Shown: piece by piece, positions 1 to 14,394 of the stretch
Layout of the letters: every line of letters starts with the position of its first letter
How positions within the stretch are numbered: position 1 is the first letter of the stretch
Assembly: GCA_032718475.1 (NCBI GenBank)
Contig: JAUCBJ010000668.1
Location: forward strand, 62,001 to 126,000
Direction of reading: 5' to 3'
Source: Nemertoderma westbladi
Lineage: Eukaryota > Animalia > Xenacoelomorpha
Length of the DNA stretch: 64,000 bases
Notes under the pieces: generated by a model
Database searches by the model: none
What the model was told of the DNA's origin: nothing
What the model saw: only the letters and a program-made list of their open reading frames with translations
Program-made: the position numbers and the translations under genes

Positions 1-3000
1 TATGAATCGATTTTACCAGCTTTCATATAATTGTGAAACAAAGTGATGGTTGTTTGGAGACACGGAGAGGAGATACCCAGCTATGCGTATCACACGAACG
101 GAATACTTTAAGAATAAATCTGCAATCTTATCGACACAACTGCATTTTACCGGTAGTGAATCACTACTTCTATTTTCGCAATATCCTCATCCCCATTATC
201 TTTGCGCAAGTTTTGACATGAGGACAGGTGACATGCAATCCCGCAATGCAAATGCGAAACCACCTCCACAATAGAATACGTATTTACGGATTACGGATAG
301 CGATACCACGGGCTGACGGGACACGGGCTGACGGGTGATGTGTAATGGTAGTAGAAGTGTGATCCCATTGTAAGACACCTCAATCTCGAACTCCGAGTTA
401 TAACAGTTGTTTGATTGAGCACAATGAGCAGTTTAAACATCGTGTTTTAACTCCGTTGTCAATAACGTATTTAATTTATGATGTCGTATATTTCTCCATT
501 TATTCCAGCGCAGATTAATATGTAAAATCTCGACCGAATCGTATCGAAACCCTTGCGTTAAACGCCAAGAAGTACGTACCGGTACATACAATACTGCATT
601 ACTACCGTATATAGAACCAGAACCATGCAGCCATGTCCGCTTGGTTTAACCATTCACCATTTAAGATAGTACAGTAGTATCAAATTTCAGCATCTTACGC
701 TTACAGGCTTATGCAGAAATTGTCGATCTTATCTTGACATACAGACATAAAATCGAACGGGAAAATTAGTTCCTAATTTTAAATTGATTCCTTAGCCTAT
801 TTAAGCAAGAACATCAATTAACTGCTGTTTAACATTCCTTATTTAAACAATAATTTCATTGTAATGTTGTAGTACTGTAGTACAGTAGTAAGTAATGTGT
901 ATAAAATAATGTGCAGACATGTGTCAGACAGAAAGTGCTGTAAAATATTGCGCATAAAATAATGCTGTAATGTGCTGTGCCTGTGATGTGCATAAAAAGC
1001 ACATTATAAAATTTGACAACTAAAGTTACAACATGACAACCGGCAGCAGAACGGGAAAAATAATCACGGCGAGGATAACTCAGTCCAAATTATTGCAGTA
1101 TTGTGTCTGGCGGTCTGGCAGTCTGGGTACCGTACTAAAATTAAACACAACAGACAAACTGAAATATAATAATGATACCAGGCAGCCAGGATACAGGTAC
1201 TTGCCAGCTTGTCAGCTTGCAGCTGCAGGCTTGTACAGTTGTAGGCGGTAGTGTAGCGTAGTCTGGTTGCTGGTAGTGCGGTAATTAAGATTACATATTA
1301 AAAGTATAAGATGTAAAAAGTAAACTCGAGAATTATATTGTTATGTAATATTAGTTAGGCGCTAGGCCTATTATAATAATGAAAAAAAAGAAATAATGGT
1401 ACATAAGCAAGCAGGCTATTCGGTATAGGCCTATGCTATAGGCCTATGACTGTACGACATTATGACTGCAGGACTGTATGATAATCCTAATCCTACTGTC
1501 CTAGGAAACTAATATACAAGTTCCTACCTAACAGCCTAATACCTACTCTGCCGTCTGCTAACTCCTGTTAAGGTCAAGGTCAACTGCCTGACTAGCCTAG
1601 CAGCCTAGAGTGTAAGAGCCAAATGTATCTCAAAGGACAGAAGGAACAAAATGATGATATTACAGTTAACGTATTAATGTATTAAGGGCTCAACTGCTAG
1701 AAAAACATTAACAGTTGATTATTGAAAGGAATCGAACAGTCGAAAGTAAAATATGAAATAATGTTGATAAAAAAAAGATTGATTGCGGATGAATGCGATT
1801 CAGCCAATTCATTTTCTTGGACTGTTGGACTTGACTTCTACACCTGCATACTGACTGACTGTAACTATCCTGCTATCCCTGTATCATGTATTTCATTTAT
1901 CCCTACAACTGAACTATCTATCTGAATATAGCAGAAGAACTACACCTGTACACTGTACCGTACCGTACAGATTCATTCAAGATTAAGCAATCACCCAAGA
2001 TTAAACAGATCAATCATCCTACTGTATTTGCCTGTCAGCCTGTAATAATTTCTAAGAAATACACTTCCTTTCAGCCGTTACCGTTATCTGATTATCAGTG
2101 AGGGAGGGGATGGCGTTAAAAATTAAAACACTATCTTTATATATTTAACTTACTGTTTACAGTTCCAAGTCTAAGTTAATACGTGTTCTTGTAAGGGGCA
2201 CTTTAAGTACTACAGCAAGTGAATAGTTTAACCTTCAAGGAGAGATATTAAAAAATGATAATAAATTCGGGAGAAAATAATAAAATTTAGTAATTGACAA
2301 GTGAACACAGAATAAGGAACTGAAAATATAAATACATACAAAACAAACAACAACATCTAAAAATATAGTCAGGGCCATCACACTCACACAACCAAACTAC
2401 TGCAATAATAACGAACTAACAGTTGTGTACCGTTGGGTTTCTAAACGTACCAGTACCAGCACATGTTGTGTGTCCAGTAAAAGCACAATAAAATTGGGGC
2501 CCGAGCCCGATGTTATATGTACTGTATGTTGGTATTGATTGATAGTTTCATTCTGAATATACAACGATGAAGTATTGGCAACACTCAATGGCTATCTGCT
2601 AATGACCCTTATCGTCCTTACCCACTCTTCCACCCAATGAGACGGGCAGAGCCTTATGTTGGGCGCCTCTATATGCGTGATGAGTCATTATATGGTTACG
2701 AACAGTGTGGCCATGCAATTTAGTGTTACCCTCTTGCGCTAAAGCGGTCCCACATATAATAATATATAGGTTGGCAGATGGCAGATGTTCAATGGCCCAC
2801 CATATGTAAAATAAACGGCAACATGAAAGTATTTTACAAACGAATCGCTTTAATAAAATTTAAACATCATCCTAATCAATTATTTAATGTATAGCTTTTG
2901 AAACTTAACCAATTAGAAAAGTTATAGTAGCGTATAAAATAATGTTATCAACCACATATGATTAAGATCCTTGAAGCTTGGGGTCATAAATTAGATTACT

Positions 3001-5727
3001 GTTGCAATCAAATCACTGTACGTATGATAATGGTTCTACAGACAGCCGTTCATAGCATCTTTTAAGCATTTTTCCCCGGGCGGCACAGAATATTAATCTT
3101 AGCAGGTTAGGAAATAATGGTTAAACTACTGATGAAAGTGGGTTAGGAAATAATGGTTATACTACTGAGTAAAAAGTGTTACGATAGGACATAGCGATTA
3201 ATCTAACTGAGGAACAAAGGTTAAACTAACTTAGAAACAAAGGTTAGGACATAGGGGTTACACTAATTTGATGAACAACGGTTAGGGCAGGGACGGATTA
3301 TGGATTTTCGGGCCCCCGGTAGTCCCAAATCGGTAAGTGACCTTAATTGATCGGCATATATGTCGAAATGTGCTGTGCATGTGAATATATTCAGATACTG
3401 TGAATTGAAATTAAGTGGAAAACAACTAGAAAAGCAGTCTTGAAGAACGAACACATTACATTCAATTCGCGCAAATTTTTACCCTATTCTTACCAAATTC
3501 TTACCCTTCCTGGGCTCCACCTCGGCCATCGCTTTCACAACAAACACTCAATACTCATCAATGATCTATGGGAAGTATTTGCCTTGAACTTCTTGACGGC
3601 AAATTAAATATGCCGCGTGAACTACTACCGTGAAAATAGACAATAATAGTTACTTATGCGGTCCAAAATGATTAACCAACTACTATATGCAATGCATACA
3701 GTGTAGCATGACTATGTGCTGGTAGTCATGGGATTGGATATCGGCCCATAAGAAACATACATAAGTTTTCGGATGAATCTCATTTTGGTAATTCATTGCT
3801 GTTCAATTTGGAGATCATTTTGAGTAGACGAACATATACTGTTCTTCAACATGTTCGCAGCAAAATGCACGCAAAACACATTATTGCCGCTGGAATCGCA
3901 TTAAAAGTTATTGGCATTTATTTCCCTCTAGCTGTTCTTGATTAATGAAGGTTGCAATTCTCACGAATGGAGCATTGTATGGTAATGGTACCATCGGGGT
4001 CTTATCGCATGGGTAAAACAAGGTAAAGTTATCGGTAAACGTGTAACACCAGACAGCGGAGGCACCCCGACGGCTCTTTATCTCTTGGCTGTTACCTGTA
4101 AGGTGGGGAAGGTGCACACTAACTCCCAACCCAAGGTTGAGAGCTTTCATTATTCAACACCTTTCTTTACCCCCCCCCCCCCCCCCCCCCAGCATATGAG
4201 ACAATGATACGGATCGCACCACAGATACGGACCCAAATTAGTAGGACTAATAAACAGAATAAGTACATAACCACTGTAAAAGGTAATTTTAAATACCATG
4301 AAATATTAGTACCACCCAGAACCCAGAGATATGCGAATATTATTGAATGCCATCGACGGTGTTTCTGAGTTTGTGTAATTGTACATTCCAACAAAGCGGA
4401 TAAGATAATTTTATACTCAAATTATTACTTTTTACGGTGAGTTGGGAATTATTAATTTTAGCTATCAATAAAGTTGTTAATACAGTCACCCGACGTATAT
4501 AAAGCTCTACAGTACTGTATATAGGCTAACATCATGTTCGACCTTCTGAGTTACAAACATTCCCAATTCCGCATACAACATGATCTTCGACATTGAAAAA
4601 ATAATAATAATATGGTGTTAATTCCCATAAAAAAACTTCGGAAATATGGTGTCTTTAATTTATATGAAAACACTTTTAATAATAGTAAGATTAGACTCTC
4701 TATGGGGAGGTAACATAAAAAGTTAACATTAAGTAGGAAAATACTTCGATTTCAATTTTTTTACTCGAGTATATCAGATTACGAGTTTTATCACGTATTT
4801 TATGTCCCTGAGAAGAGACAAGATATAATGAGTAACTGACCATCGGTGTGTGAAAATAATTGATTTATTTATTTATAATTCCTAAATATATTAATAGATA
4901 TTTTATTAATTACCTGTATATATAATATATATACAATACATATACGATGCGTATAAAAATTATAGCTAAATTATGATAATAACAGTGATTATATTATATT
5001 ATAACCAAACGATAAAGTATATACCAGGTTTTAACTTTTAATATGAATTTTCTTAATATAATACAATAAGGTTGCTCACGCCCAGCAGCTGATGCACTGC
5101 ACAATATTGTATAAATTATATAGTTTTAGTTATGTTAAAGTAAAAACCTGGAATTCTTCACGTTTGGGAACAACACGGAATTAAATTAAATATAACATGT
5201 TACGTCACATGGTCCAAATACATAGATAACAATAAATCGAATTATAAGTAATAAATTTAAATAATGTTGTATTTGTTATCTGTAAACTCATTTCAGTGAC
5301 AACCCCATAGATATCTGTACTTTACGAGATCGCTTTACATCAGTAAAGCGATTGGTTATTAGAAAATGGATTATGGTTTAAAAGTTCAAATATAACGTAT
5401 AAATATAAATCTAATTTAAATATATAATTCTATAAGTGCAATAATATAATTCAACTATGGACTAGGGACAATGGACTGCATGGATGGGGGGGGGGGGGGG
5501 TATTAGCGCTAGCGGTACCACTTAAAATGCCCGCCTACCGCCTACCTACGTTGTAAAATTGGGCTTGTAAAATTGCCCAGTGATTTTGATAATTTCTGTT
5601 AAATTTATTGGTTTTTATTCAAAATACTACAGATTGGAATTTAGTTAAAAATCATTAGCTTAGCTTATAGTAATTAATATCAGTGATTTTAATGTAAATT
5701 AATGTTAAATGTGTTATTTAAGGTCAC

Positions 5728-5812
<85 letters not shown>
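5728..5812. repeat. (TCTG)n microsatellite
   Basis: About 21 near-perfect TCTG units read directly from the sequence. Confidence 0.95.
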
Positions 5813-6413
5813 GTTGTTCGGTCTGTCTATGTTGAATTTGTGTTGAGTTTTAAGTTGAATTTATATTTAAACTTATAAATTTATGGAAATAAATAATGAA
5901 TTCAGTTATTCTAAATTAATATTATTTAAATATTATACCGGACGGTAATCAAAATTTACAAATTACCATAGATTTACAATTATTTTACCTAAGAGTCTGG
6001 CCCCTGAATGTTTTGAGGATAACCATATGTAACTCTCTTCCACTCGGACACGGATAACGCAGATTTTGTTGATAACTTTATTGAATTGAAACGCAAATCT
6101 TTAGTAATTAAAGAAATTATATAGAAAAGTAAGACGAAAAACCTGAGTTTCAATAAAGATTACACAAAAATGGCTTTTGTTAAGAAATTACAGAAGTTAT
6201 CCAAAGGTGTAAGTAAATCTCTGTATGAAATGTAACTGAATCGCAAGCATTCCATAATAATAAGTCAATTATCTATTCCTTCGTATTGTTAGTTTAGTAG
6301 AATTTGATAACCCTAGACATACAGTATAACGGCACCACGATAGCACATTGATAAAGCTAAAAAAAAGTTGAAATATAAAACGCGATATTATAAATTATTC
6401 CTCCCAACTTTAT

Positions 6414-7214
6414 TTAATCCTTGCAATAAACGATGTGTAAAAAATTATCGGGATAACTTAAATGTTCGCTGAGCCACTGTAAAGGAGTTTCTAAGGGAAC
6501 CGATATCCCGTGAATCAAGGCCGAGCTAGACTGGGAGTTGTCTGAGAGTCCCAACTGAGTCATTAGGTCACCCAAGGTCTGTCTGACTCCGTCCTCCCCC
6601 AGGGACCTGTACAACAGCTGTCGGAACACTTTATCGGGTTGATATAGTCGGAATGGAAGGTGTTTAAAAGGCTCGCCTTCCTCAGAGTGCTCCATGAGTT
6701 TACGATTAACTGACCAGAACTGGTCGAATCTATCGTTCTGCAGACCAATCCACAACTGTTTATGATCTTTTTTCTGCATCATATTAATAACTTGGCCTCG
6801 GTGCTTCAAGGCGTCGGCCTCTTTGATGCACTGCATAAAGTGGCTCTCTACAGCGGCGAGACTCGGGCAACGGAGGCACTCGTGTTCCGGAAAGTCCTGG
6901 AAGTGAACCGCGAGGTTCCACGGGAGAACGGAACCGCTCGCGTACAGATCGAACAGAACGCCTATGGGATAGTTCCATTTGAGCAGTTGTCCGTCGTAAT
7001 CCAACCAAACCTCGTCGGTTTTATCGGAATCCACGTACTTCTGGAAGTGTTTTACTACTTTATCCCAAATCAACGGGAAGTAAGTTATCCGAGGTACCAG
7101 CAGATAGCAGGGTAGGGGTTGTTCTATGCTAGACACCTCGTTGGAGGCGAGTTGGAATTTAACTGGAATCTTTCCTTCCCAGATCTCTCGTAGTACTTCT
7201 CTGTCGTCTGCCAT
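6414..7214 (-). CDS. ATG5: Autophagy protein 5, intronless CDS, 266 aa
   Basis: MADDREVLREIWEGKIP start, LKWNYPIGVLFD, HFMQCIKEADALK (contains the ATG12-conjugated Lys), DRFDQFWSVNRKLM, and C-terminal PLETPLQWLSEHLSYPDNFLHI are all hallmark ATG5 motifs. Confidence 0.97.
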   Translation of the reverse strand: MADDREVLREIWEGKIPVKFQLASNEVSSIEQPLPCYLLVPRITYFPLIWDKVVKHFQKYVDSDKTDEVWLDYDGQLLKWNYPIGVLFDLYASGSVLPWNLAVHFQDFPEHECLRCPSLAAVESHFMQCIKEADALKHRGQVINMMQKKDHKQLWIGLQNDRFDQFWSVNRKLMEHSEEGEPFKHLPFRLYQPDKVFRQLLYRSLGEDGVRQTLGDLMTQLGLSDNSQSSSALIHGISVPLETPLQWLSEHLSYPDNFLHIVYCKD

Positions 7215-7456
7215 TACTGCAGTCTTACTGTAATAGAGCAGTAGATTATTGCAGGTTGCAGGTATTATTATTCAGTTATTGTTAGGTTGTAATATAGGTG
7301 CATCTGAGTAAGACAACTACTAAGAAGTAGGACTGACAGGATGACAGGTTGACAGCAGATATATCATATTTTCTTCCGCAATGTCAACATTTCTTACCAC
7401 AATGCCTCTGCTGCTGCTCTGTGTTAGAATCAGAATATTGAATATTGGCTAATTCG

Positions 7457-7645
7457 CAACTAACAGCTGATTACTCTCAAAAATAAAACTGTAACCAGTT
7501 CTATTGTATTTAGTTTATTGTTTTGGTTAAAATAACGTACCACAACCTGTTTCTTTCCCTAAATTGAGGATTTAACATTGAGGCGGGATATTAATTCGCC
7601 AAGATGGGATTTGCGTCCAGTCCCCCCCCCCCCCCCCCCTGTCTC
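7457..7645 (+). mobile_element. Dispersed repeat family A (MITE-like arm ending in a poly-C tract); inverted partner at about 10777-10961
   Basis: taacagctgattactctcaaaaataaaac...ccctaaattgaggatttaacattgaggcgggatattaatt...tttgcgtc...C-run...tgtctc recurs as the reverse complement at 10777-10961. Confidence 0.75.
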
Positions 7646-8834
7646 AATTTATTTGTTAATGTCTCAATTTGAAGAACAATAATACAAAATTTAATTAAAA
7701 TACATTTTGAAATTACTTCCTTTGATTTAATATAATCTGATTAAAACATCAATTATTCAGGGTGTTTTTCTTAGCTGCATTGATAAATGAAGTTATATAG
7801 GGTGTGTCTATTTTTTATTTAGGTAGTTTTACTTTGGCTCGAAATCCTATATCTTCAAGATAGGGTGTCTTTGTTACACAGTGCCACTGGTGTATCATGG
7901 ATCTGTATGTATCTGATCGGATCTGGATGTACAGTATCTATTCAAATGTCCCTCTAAAATTTAACCAATGAGACGTTTTGGAATATGTTTAATTATCCAA
8001 TCACAATAGATTCATTAATATCGGGTGTTTTTACATCGGAAATCTCAGTGCTAATTACCATACCCTATTCACGAAGTCGCCAAAAAAGTAAGTTATTAGA
8101 AGACACAAGTAAGTAGTAACATGAGACTAAATGTAGGGTGATTTTACATAGCAGAAACACCACTTTGCAACTAACAGGAATCTAATTTTCTGATATAGCT
8201 CATTTGAAAGAGCGCATAAAATTATACAAATAGTAATGTAGGAATGTAATGTATAGGAATATGAAATAAAAAATTTATACATTTCTTTGAGATAGGGTGC
8301 TTGGTTCTTTTTACCTTTTCACGGCAGTATGGGCTGAGACGTACTTTTTGGGCCCCTCACTTGATAGGTTCCCGGTGTTCTATTACCAGATTGGATTTAG
8401 CGATAACGGGGGGGGGGGGGGGGGGGACGACTTGCGACGCAAAAAACTTAATATCTCTCCAGGAGAAAATCGAATAACTGCTGATTATTCCAAAAAATGA
8501 AACTGCGAAATATTAATTTGGCCGGGATTGGGTCATTGCGTCGAATCCCCCACCCCCTCTCTATTACATCAACGTTATCCGTTATCTAATTATTACTGGC
8601 TTAGGTTTACTTGAAGCCGAGCAGCCGAAGCAAAGTTTGGAATGCAAATATATTCATAATCTCGATCTGTAAAATTGTTTAATTATTATCTGTAGACTGT
8701 TTTAATTACTCATTTATCAATATCACTTTGTGACCGTGATCAACAAACCAACTGTATGTAAGTCAAAGGCATTCGCATAGAATACAGATACTGATATACC
8801 AATGGTCTGGAATGGATAGTTCTAAATTAGGAAA

Positions 8835-10615
8835 ACACTAGTAAAACAGTAAAACACTGGAAAACATCCAGAAAACAGTGAAAATATTGAGCAGCAGGAA
8901 ATTTAACACATGTACTAAACTCTAAATTGGTAATCCTAAATGTACTCCAAGCACACGTTAAGTAACCACCGTAAAACATAGGGAAAAAAAAAATAAACCC
9001 TCTGGATAACAGTGAAAAAAATAATCAGCATTAGATTTTACCTATATGCTGCAGAAAAATATTTTGAAAGAGTCTAATATTACGCAGAAAGCATTGTCGT
9101 CGGGCAACCAAGGAACAGTAACCAATCAGCATGTTGTTCAGCACTATTCTTGTTTTACTCTCAGCCGGTATAGTAGGGACGTTAAAGCACCATATTTTGG
9201 AGAAATTGTGCATTTTTGTGATAATTTGATAATTTGTGATAAAGTGATAATTTGTGCACCAAAACTTACCCAAATATAGTCCGTACATGGGCGTGTGGTC
9301 TGAATATCAGTCAGAGGTGGTTCCCTTCTGATGTTGTGGAAATGCTTCCAGCTGCTGAAAGATTATTTCATTGGTATATGGTAAGTCAACACAAAAGACT
9401 TAGTTAACAAGTCCGTCGATATTTATTTGCCCATAAAGGTCGGTCTATAACCAACGTTCCTCCAACAAAACCAGCGCTGATACAACCGATACACCCTCAG
9501 GGCAGCTTATACCAAGCGGGACTATAGGGAATGTTGGTTGACAATGTGTTGGCAAAGCAACCCGAAGTGCCATCGCCTGAAGGATGGGTGGGTTTCAATG
9601 GACCTCAGTATGGTCTACTTTACCACCAGGCACCTGTCGCTTGTAGACAATTGTTGAGGGGTGGGTGGAAAAAACAGTGCAATCCAAAGACGTGCACTTG
9701 TAAGAAGAACTGTCTGACATGCACTGAACTGTGCTTCTGTTCTGGACCTTGTGCCCTGTAAAAATAAAGAAATACTGTACATACGTTCTTGGCTTTATGT
9801 CTATCTTCTGTTACTAACGATTTCACATATTTGTAGTGCCCTTTTGTGCAATCTCGAAGTATCTGGTGGCATAAAACAAACGGATCAGTTTAATACATTT
9901 CAAATTATTTTCTCGCATCCATGGCAACATGATTATTAGAGTTTACTAACATTATCTTTGTACATTTGTGGATGTTTGCTTATTAATCAAATTAGTGTGG
10001 ACATATTTGGGCAGAAAAACATTATATTATAGGCCTACATACATTACACATTATATTTTGGAAAAAAAACCAGTTGTTATATAAATATTTGCCCGTTGTT
10101 ATGGCCCTCCTTTGAATATTCGGTCACCAAAACGTTAAGTAATTCACTATAAAATAAAACAAAGTGTAACTTGACCAATTTTGGGGAAATATCATTCAGC
10201 CAATCACCCGATACTAAGGTAAGTAGACTTCGTTGGCATGTTAACATGGTACCAATGATATTCCGAGGTGGTTCCCTATCAAGACACTCGCCCATATATG
10301 GACTATCTTTGGGTAAGATTTGGTGCTTTTATCACAAAATGCACAACTCCTCCAACAATTGGTGCTTAACGTAGACTCTTTTAATTTATTTTTTAGCACC
10401 ATATAGGTAAAATTTAATGCTGATCATTTTTCTTGCACTGTTATCCGGAGGGTTTATAGTGTTTTTCTTATGTTTTACGGTGATTACTTAAGGTGTGCTA
10501 TGCGAGGAATACATTTAGGATTGCCAATTCAGAGAAGTACATGTGTTAAATTTCCTGCTGATCAATATTTTCACGCTTTCCGGGTGTTTTAGTGTTTTTC
10601 AATGTTTTCCTCTAC
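8835..10615. mobile_element. Foldback (TIR) element with arms at about 8835-9048 and 10399-10615, interrupted centrally by the Academ-like remnant
   Basis: cagcaggaaatttaacacatgtact...aatcctaaatgta...caccgtaaaacata...ggataacagtg...atcagcatta.attttacctatatg appears in reverse complement at 10399-10575. Confidence 0.7.
9171..10379 (+). mobile_element. Internally deleted, frameshifted DNA transposon remnant, Academ(X)-like (C-terminal nuclease-associated region plus Cys-rich finger)
   Basis: Inverted ends of about 120 bp (acgttaaagcacca...gcaccaaaacttacccaaatatagtcc versus ggactatctttgggtaagatttggtgc...tggtgcttaacgt). Broken reading frames give RRYLFAHKGRSITNVPPTKPALIQ / LRAAYQAG / PEVPSPEGW / ACRQLL..KKQCNPKTCTCKKNCLTCTELCFCSGPC, the PPT...RAxYQ...Cys-finger signature I associate with Academ proteins. 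Family assignment is by recall. Confidence 0.55.
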
Positions 10616-10776
10616 TACTGGTGCAATATCGCTGGAGAAAGTTTTACAAACACTTGTAGCTAAAGAATAAAAGCAAAAAATTCTGACTCATTCACTAAGG
10701 AGAAGGTATGGAAAACTATATCTGTATATCCAGGACATGTGGACCAATTGGTGTGTCGTTTTAGCCTATTTTATCG

Positions 10777-10961
10777 AGACAGGGGGGACCAACTCGACGC
10801 AAAACCCGCCTTGGAGAATTAATATCCCGCCTCAATGTTAAATTCTCAATTTAGGGAAAGGAGCAGGTTACAGTGGCACGTTATTTTAACCATAACAATA
10901 AACTAAAAAATATAGAACAGGTTACCGTTTTATTTTTGAGAGTAATCAGCTGTTATTTGCG
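10777..10961 (-). mobile_element. Dispersed repeat family A copy (inverted relative to 7457-7645)
   Basis: gagacaggggggac...aattaatatcccgcctcaatgttaaatt.tcaatttagggaaag...ttttatttttgagagtaatcagctgtta. Confidence 0.75.
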
Positions 10962-12289
10962 TTGAATTTCCCCTGGAGAGGGATACATTTTTATTACGTC
11001 CATAGCTTCCCCCCCCCCCCCCCCTATCTGATTTTATCATATTAACTTAATTTCGCGAATATTTAATTTCAATATTGACCATTTAAGGTACCGTTTAAAG
11101 GAAAGTAGCAGGATATAATGGCAGGCTTATCTAACCAAAACAATAAACTATATTTATGAAGCCCAGTTTACAGTAAAATTTATACTTCTAGACACTATAA
11201 CTAAAGTGTTGCTGTTTGCAGCAACGAAAGTGTTGCTGATAGCAGCAACGAAACTGATAACTATAAGGTCGATAAGGTATGAGTAGTCCAACAAACAAGT
11301 CGCGGATACACAGTTTCCAACACAATTTCCATATCAATCAGAACCAGCATACAAATTAGAAATCAGCTACCGACTCAAAATACGGATGGCACTATTGTAC
11401 ATGAAAGGCCCCAGTCCCTCCTGGTAACTCCCACCTTCCCCTGTTCTCAAGACCGCCCACTGGCGACAATAGCTAGCTTGCTCTGACCCTACCGGTAAAT
11501 GACATGGATGCAAGTTGCAAACTAGGCGCGTAGCTACGCGTAGTTCAGAATATTTTACTCGAAAATGAGGGTGTGATGGATGTGTCTAAATAAAAAAAAA
11601 TGAAGCCAAAGTTTGGAAATTCAATATAATTAGTATTTAGTATTATAATTGGGCAAGATTGCCCACAGTATTAGCACAATCAAGGGCACAAATATTTCCT
11701 GTAACGTAATTTTGATAAATATTACATTCCAGATATACCATATGGCATCAGTGCAAAAAGAAATACTTATAAATTAAGTACGTATGGGATTTTTAGGATT
11801 TGTTAAAGAAGTACGCATATCAACATTAGAAATAAGTGAGATATTAGTGGCACAAGCAGAAAATGTTAATCTTTTACACAAATCTCAACAACTATACACT
11901 ATTACAAATTACATCTCATCTACCTTGTCATCCGCCCTGTCTATATATTAAATATCGCCAAATTTTTTATTCAGAGGAGAGACTATAATACTAGGCCACA
12001 TATCTGTAGAAAGATACAGAAACTTATTATATTAATAATTATAATTAATAAAATTAGACAAACATTAATATAACAAAAATTATAAGGATAGCCTACTATA
12101 GAAAGCTATAATAGACGGTTATATTGAAAATAACAAAATTCAGAAGTAAAAATAATTGGCTCAAAACATTAAAAGCACAGGGAAACACCGATAAACAAAA
12201 GTTCAGAACAAAATGAATCTCGAAGGCAAAAAAAGGCAGTGAGAAGTAAAGTAAAACGTTACAGGAAATTCTAAAAGAAAACTATTAGT

Positions 12290-12510
12290 ACGAGACGGGG
12301 GGGGGGGGGGGGGGGGTCTTGACGCAAATCACATCCCTGCAAATTAATATCTCGTACCAAATGTTATTTGAGGAAGCAAATAGTGGCACGTTATTCTAAC
12401 CAAAACAAAACAAATTTAATAACAATACATTTTGTGCGTAATCAGTTGTTTTGTTACATCGATTTTACCAGTTAGAGGGACTAATATTTAATGCGCCAAG
12501 AGTCCCTTCC
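12290..12510 (-). mobile_element. Diverged family A copy with G-run
   Basis: gagac-G20-tcttgacgcaaatc...aattaatatctcg...gtggcacgttattctaacc...gtaatcagttgtt matches the 10777 copy. Confidence 0.6.
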
Positions 12511-12965
12511 CCATCTGATCACGTGATGTGATGCAGAATCCCCGAATCAAGAGATGGGAAGACTCAATGTGACTGTGAAAATTAAATATAAGTTTCGGAT
12601 TTAAAAGTGCGATAAAATTACAAAATGTGAGAAGAAAAGGCGATCGTAATAGCGGTGGAAATAACATTATTATATGTAGGTAGGTATAAGACGTGACAAT
12701 AATGTAAGATTAAGCTAAAGCTTGAGATATTGCCTAAAAAATCATTTCCATGATAATGTGAGTCGACATGAAATAAGTGAAAACTAGCAGCATCAATGTT
12801 ATAACGGAATTGGAATGTACTATGATTTAGACCCATAAATTGTGTACTAAGATGGGATGGTGTCAAGCATCACTGTCTGCCAAAGTAAGAATTAATGTAA
12901 GATGTGTTGCCAAGATAGGCGGCACCCTAGCGTATAGGTACTTACTGAAAGATTAACCGTCTACT

Positions 12966-13467
12966 TCTGCCGTGCAATGTAAAAAGACCGCAAGTCGCAT
13001 TTTTCCAAAACTCACTTTTTCTGGGTCTAAAAAATGCGCTCTATCTAATGGTATAACCGAGAACACCGTATCTACTCTAGTTCTCGAGATATGCAATGTA
13101 GAAAGGCCGTAAGTCACAACATATGTATAGTGTTACAAAGGAAAAAGACCGTAAGTCAACAAGATTGGGGCGTTTTGTCATTGCATAGATAATAAGAAAA
13201 CGCACATACGGTTTTTTTAAATATGTATTTACATACAGGTTGTATAATGAAAAAACACCGAAGTACAAAAAATTACCCTTGAAGTCAAAATATTAATGAA
13301 AAGCGAGAAAATCACGTATAAAAATTTCCCACCCCCAATTGCGTAGAGTTATAAAAAATTAGTAATTTACGGACATTTTAAACCAACAATCTAAAGGCAA
13401 ACAGTAATTTGCGTTTTACTCGAAATGACTTTTTGTGACTTGCGGTATTTTTACATTGCACGGCAGA
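12966..13467. mobile_element. MITE of about 500 bp with TIRs of about 30 bp
   Basis: tctgccgtgcaatgtaaaaagaccgcaagtc ... gacttgcggtatttttacattgcacggcaga, plus internal subterminal copies (gcaatgtagaaaggccgtaagtc). Confidence 0.75.
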
Positions 13468-14164
13468 CTAAATACCAACACCCTCTCTGTGAACCTGTAT
13501 ATTGTAGCTGCATTGGAATTACTTGGCAGCAGAAGCACCAAAAATAAATAACCAATAAAATAAAGTTACCTAATCAAATATAATATTAATAAAGTAATCG
13601 GAAAAGAAAATAGTTTCAATAATAAGTTATTAAATTTTGAGTTGACAATCATGAAAATGTCAACAACATTGATATAAGGATTAACAGTATCCCAGACGAG
13701 ACAACACAGCTGGGCAGACTAGATTACTTACTTCTGATTGGTTGAACCCCGTCTGTTTAGCCTATCAGGTCTATCAACCATTACCTTGGAGACCTAGCCA
13801 TAGAATAACTCAATCATGCGGAGTTTGCCAATTAATTATAATTGGATAGACAAATTCAACATGGAAGATGGTCTAGAATTCCAATTATAGCTGGTAATTC
13901 ACGACAATAATGTAGTTAATGGGAAGTGGAATATTTTCAATTCGGAGAATGAAAATAATTATTAGTCGCGGTTAATCCAATTTATGGGCACAGAGCCCTA
14001 CAAAACAAAATCTTCACAATATACAATTGCCGAAATTAGCTATGATATATTATACTTAATATAATACAAAAAATAAAGAAACTGCAATAAATAATAGGCG
14101 GGGGTGGGGGCGGGGGTGGGGGTGGGTGTGGGGGTTGGGGGATTCTTGAATCAATCAGGATGGA

Positions 14165-14378
14165 ATCCTCTGCAGGTGAAAATGACGCAAATAACAGCTG
14201 ATTACTCTCCAAAATAAAACTGTAACCTGTTCTAAGGACCTTAATTGATTGTTTTGGTTAGAATAACGTAAAATAACGTAATATCTCGTAACCCATATTT
14301 AACACTTGTTAATTAGGCGATACGAGATATTAATACGCCGGGATGTGATTTGCGTCACCCCCCCCCCCCCCCCCCCCC
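14165..14378 (+). mobile_element. Family A copy ending in a C-run
   Basis: acgcaaataacagctgattactctccaaaataaaactgtaacc...ttttggttagaataacgta...gatttgcgtca-C21, same orientation as 7457. Confidence 0.65.
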
Positions 14379-14394
14379 GACACATCGTCGGCAC

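Noticed and set aside
1-5700. Short ORFs and GC-richer patches (e.g. about 2590-2760, 4030-4150) as possible exons or ncRNAs
   Set aside because: I could not find a recognisable protein motif, consistent splice pattern or RNA-family signature; left unannotated.
6563-7115. Short ORFs overlapping ATG5
   Set aside because: Antisense or alternate frames of a well-supported gene.
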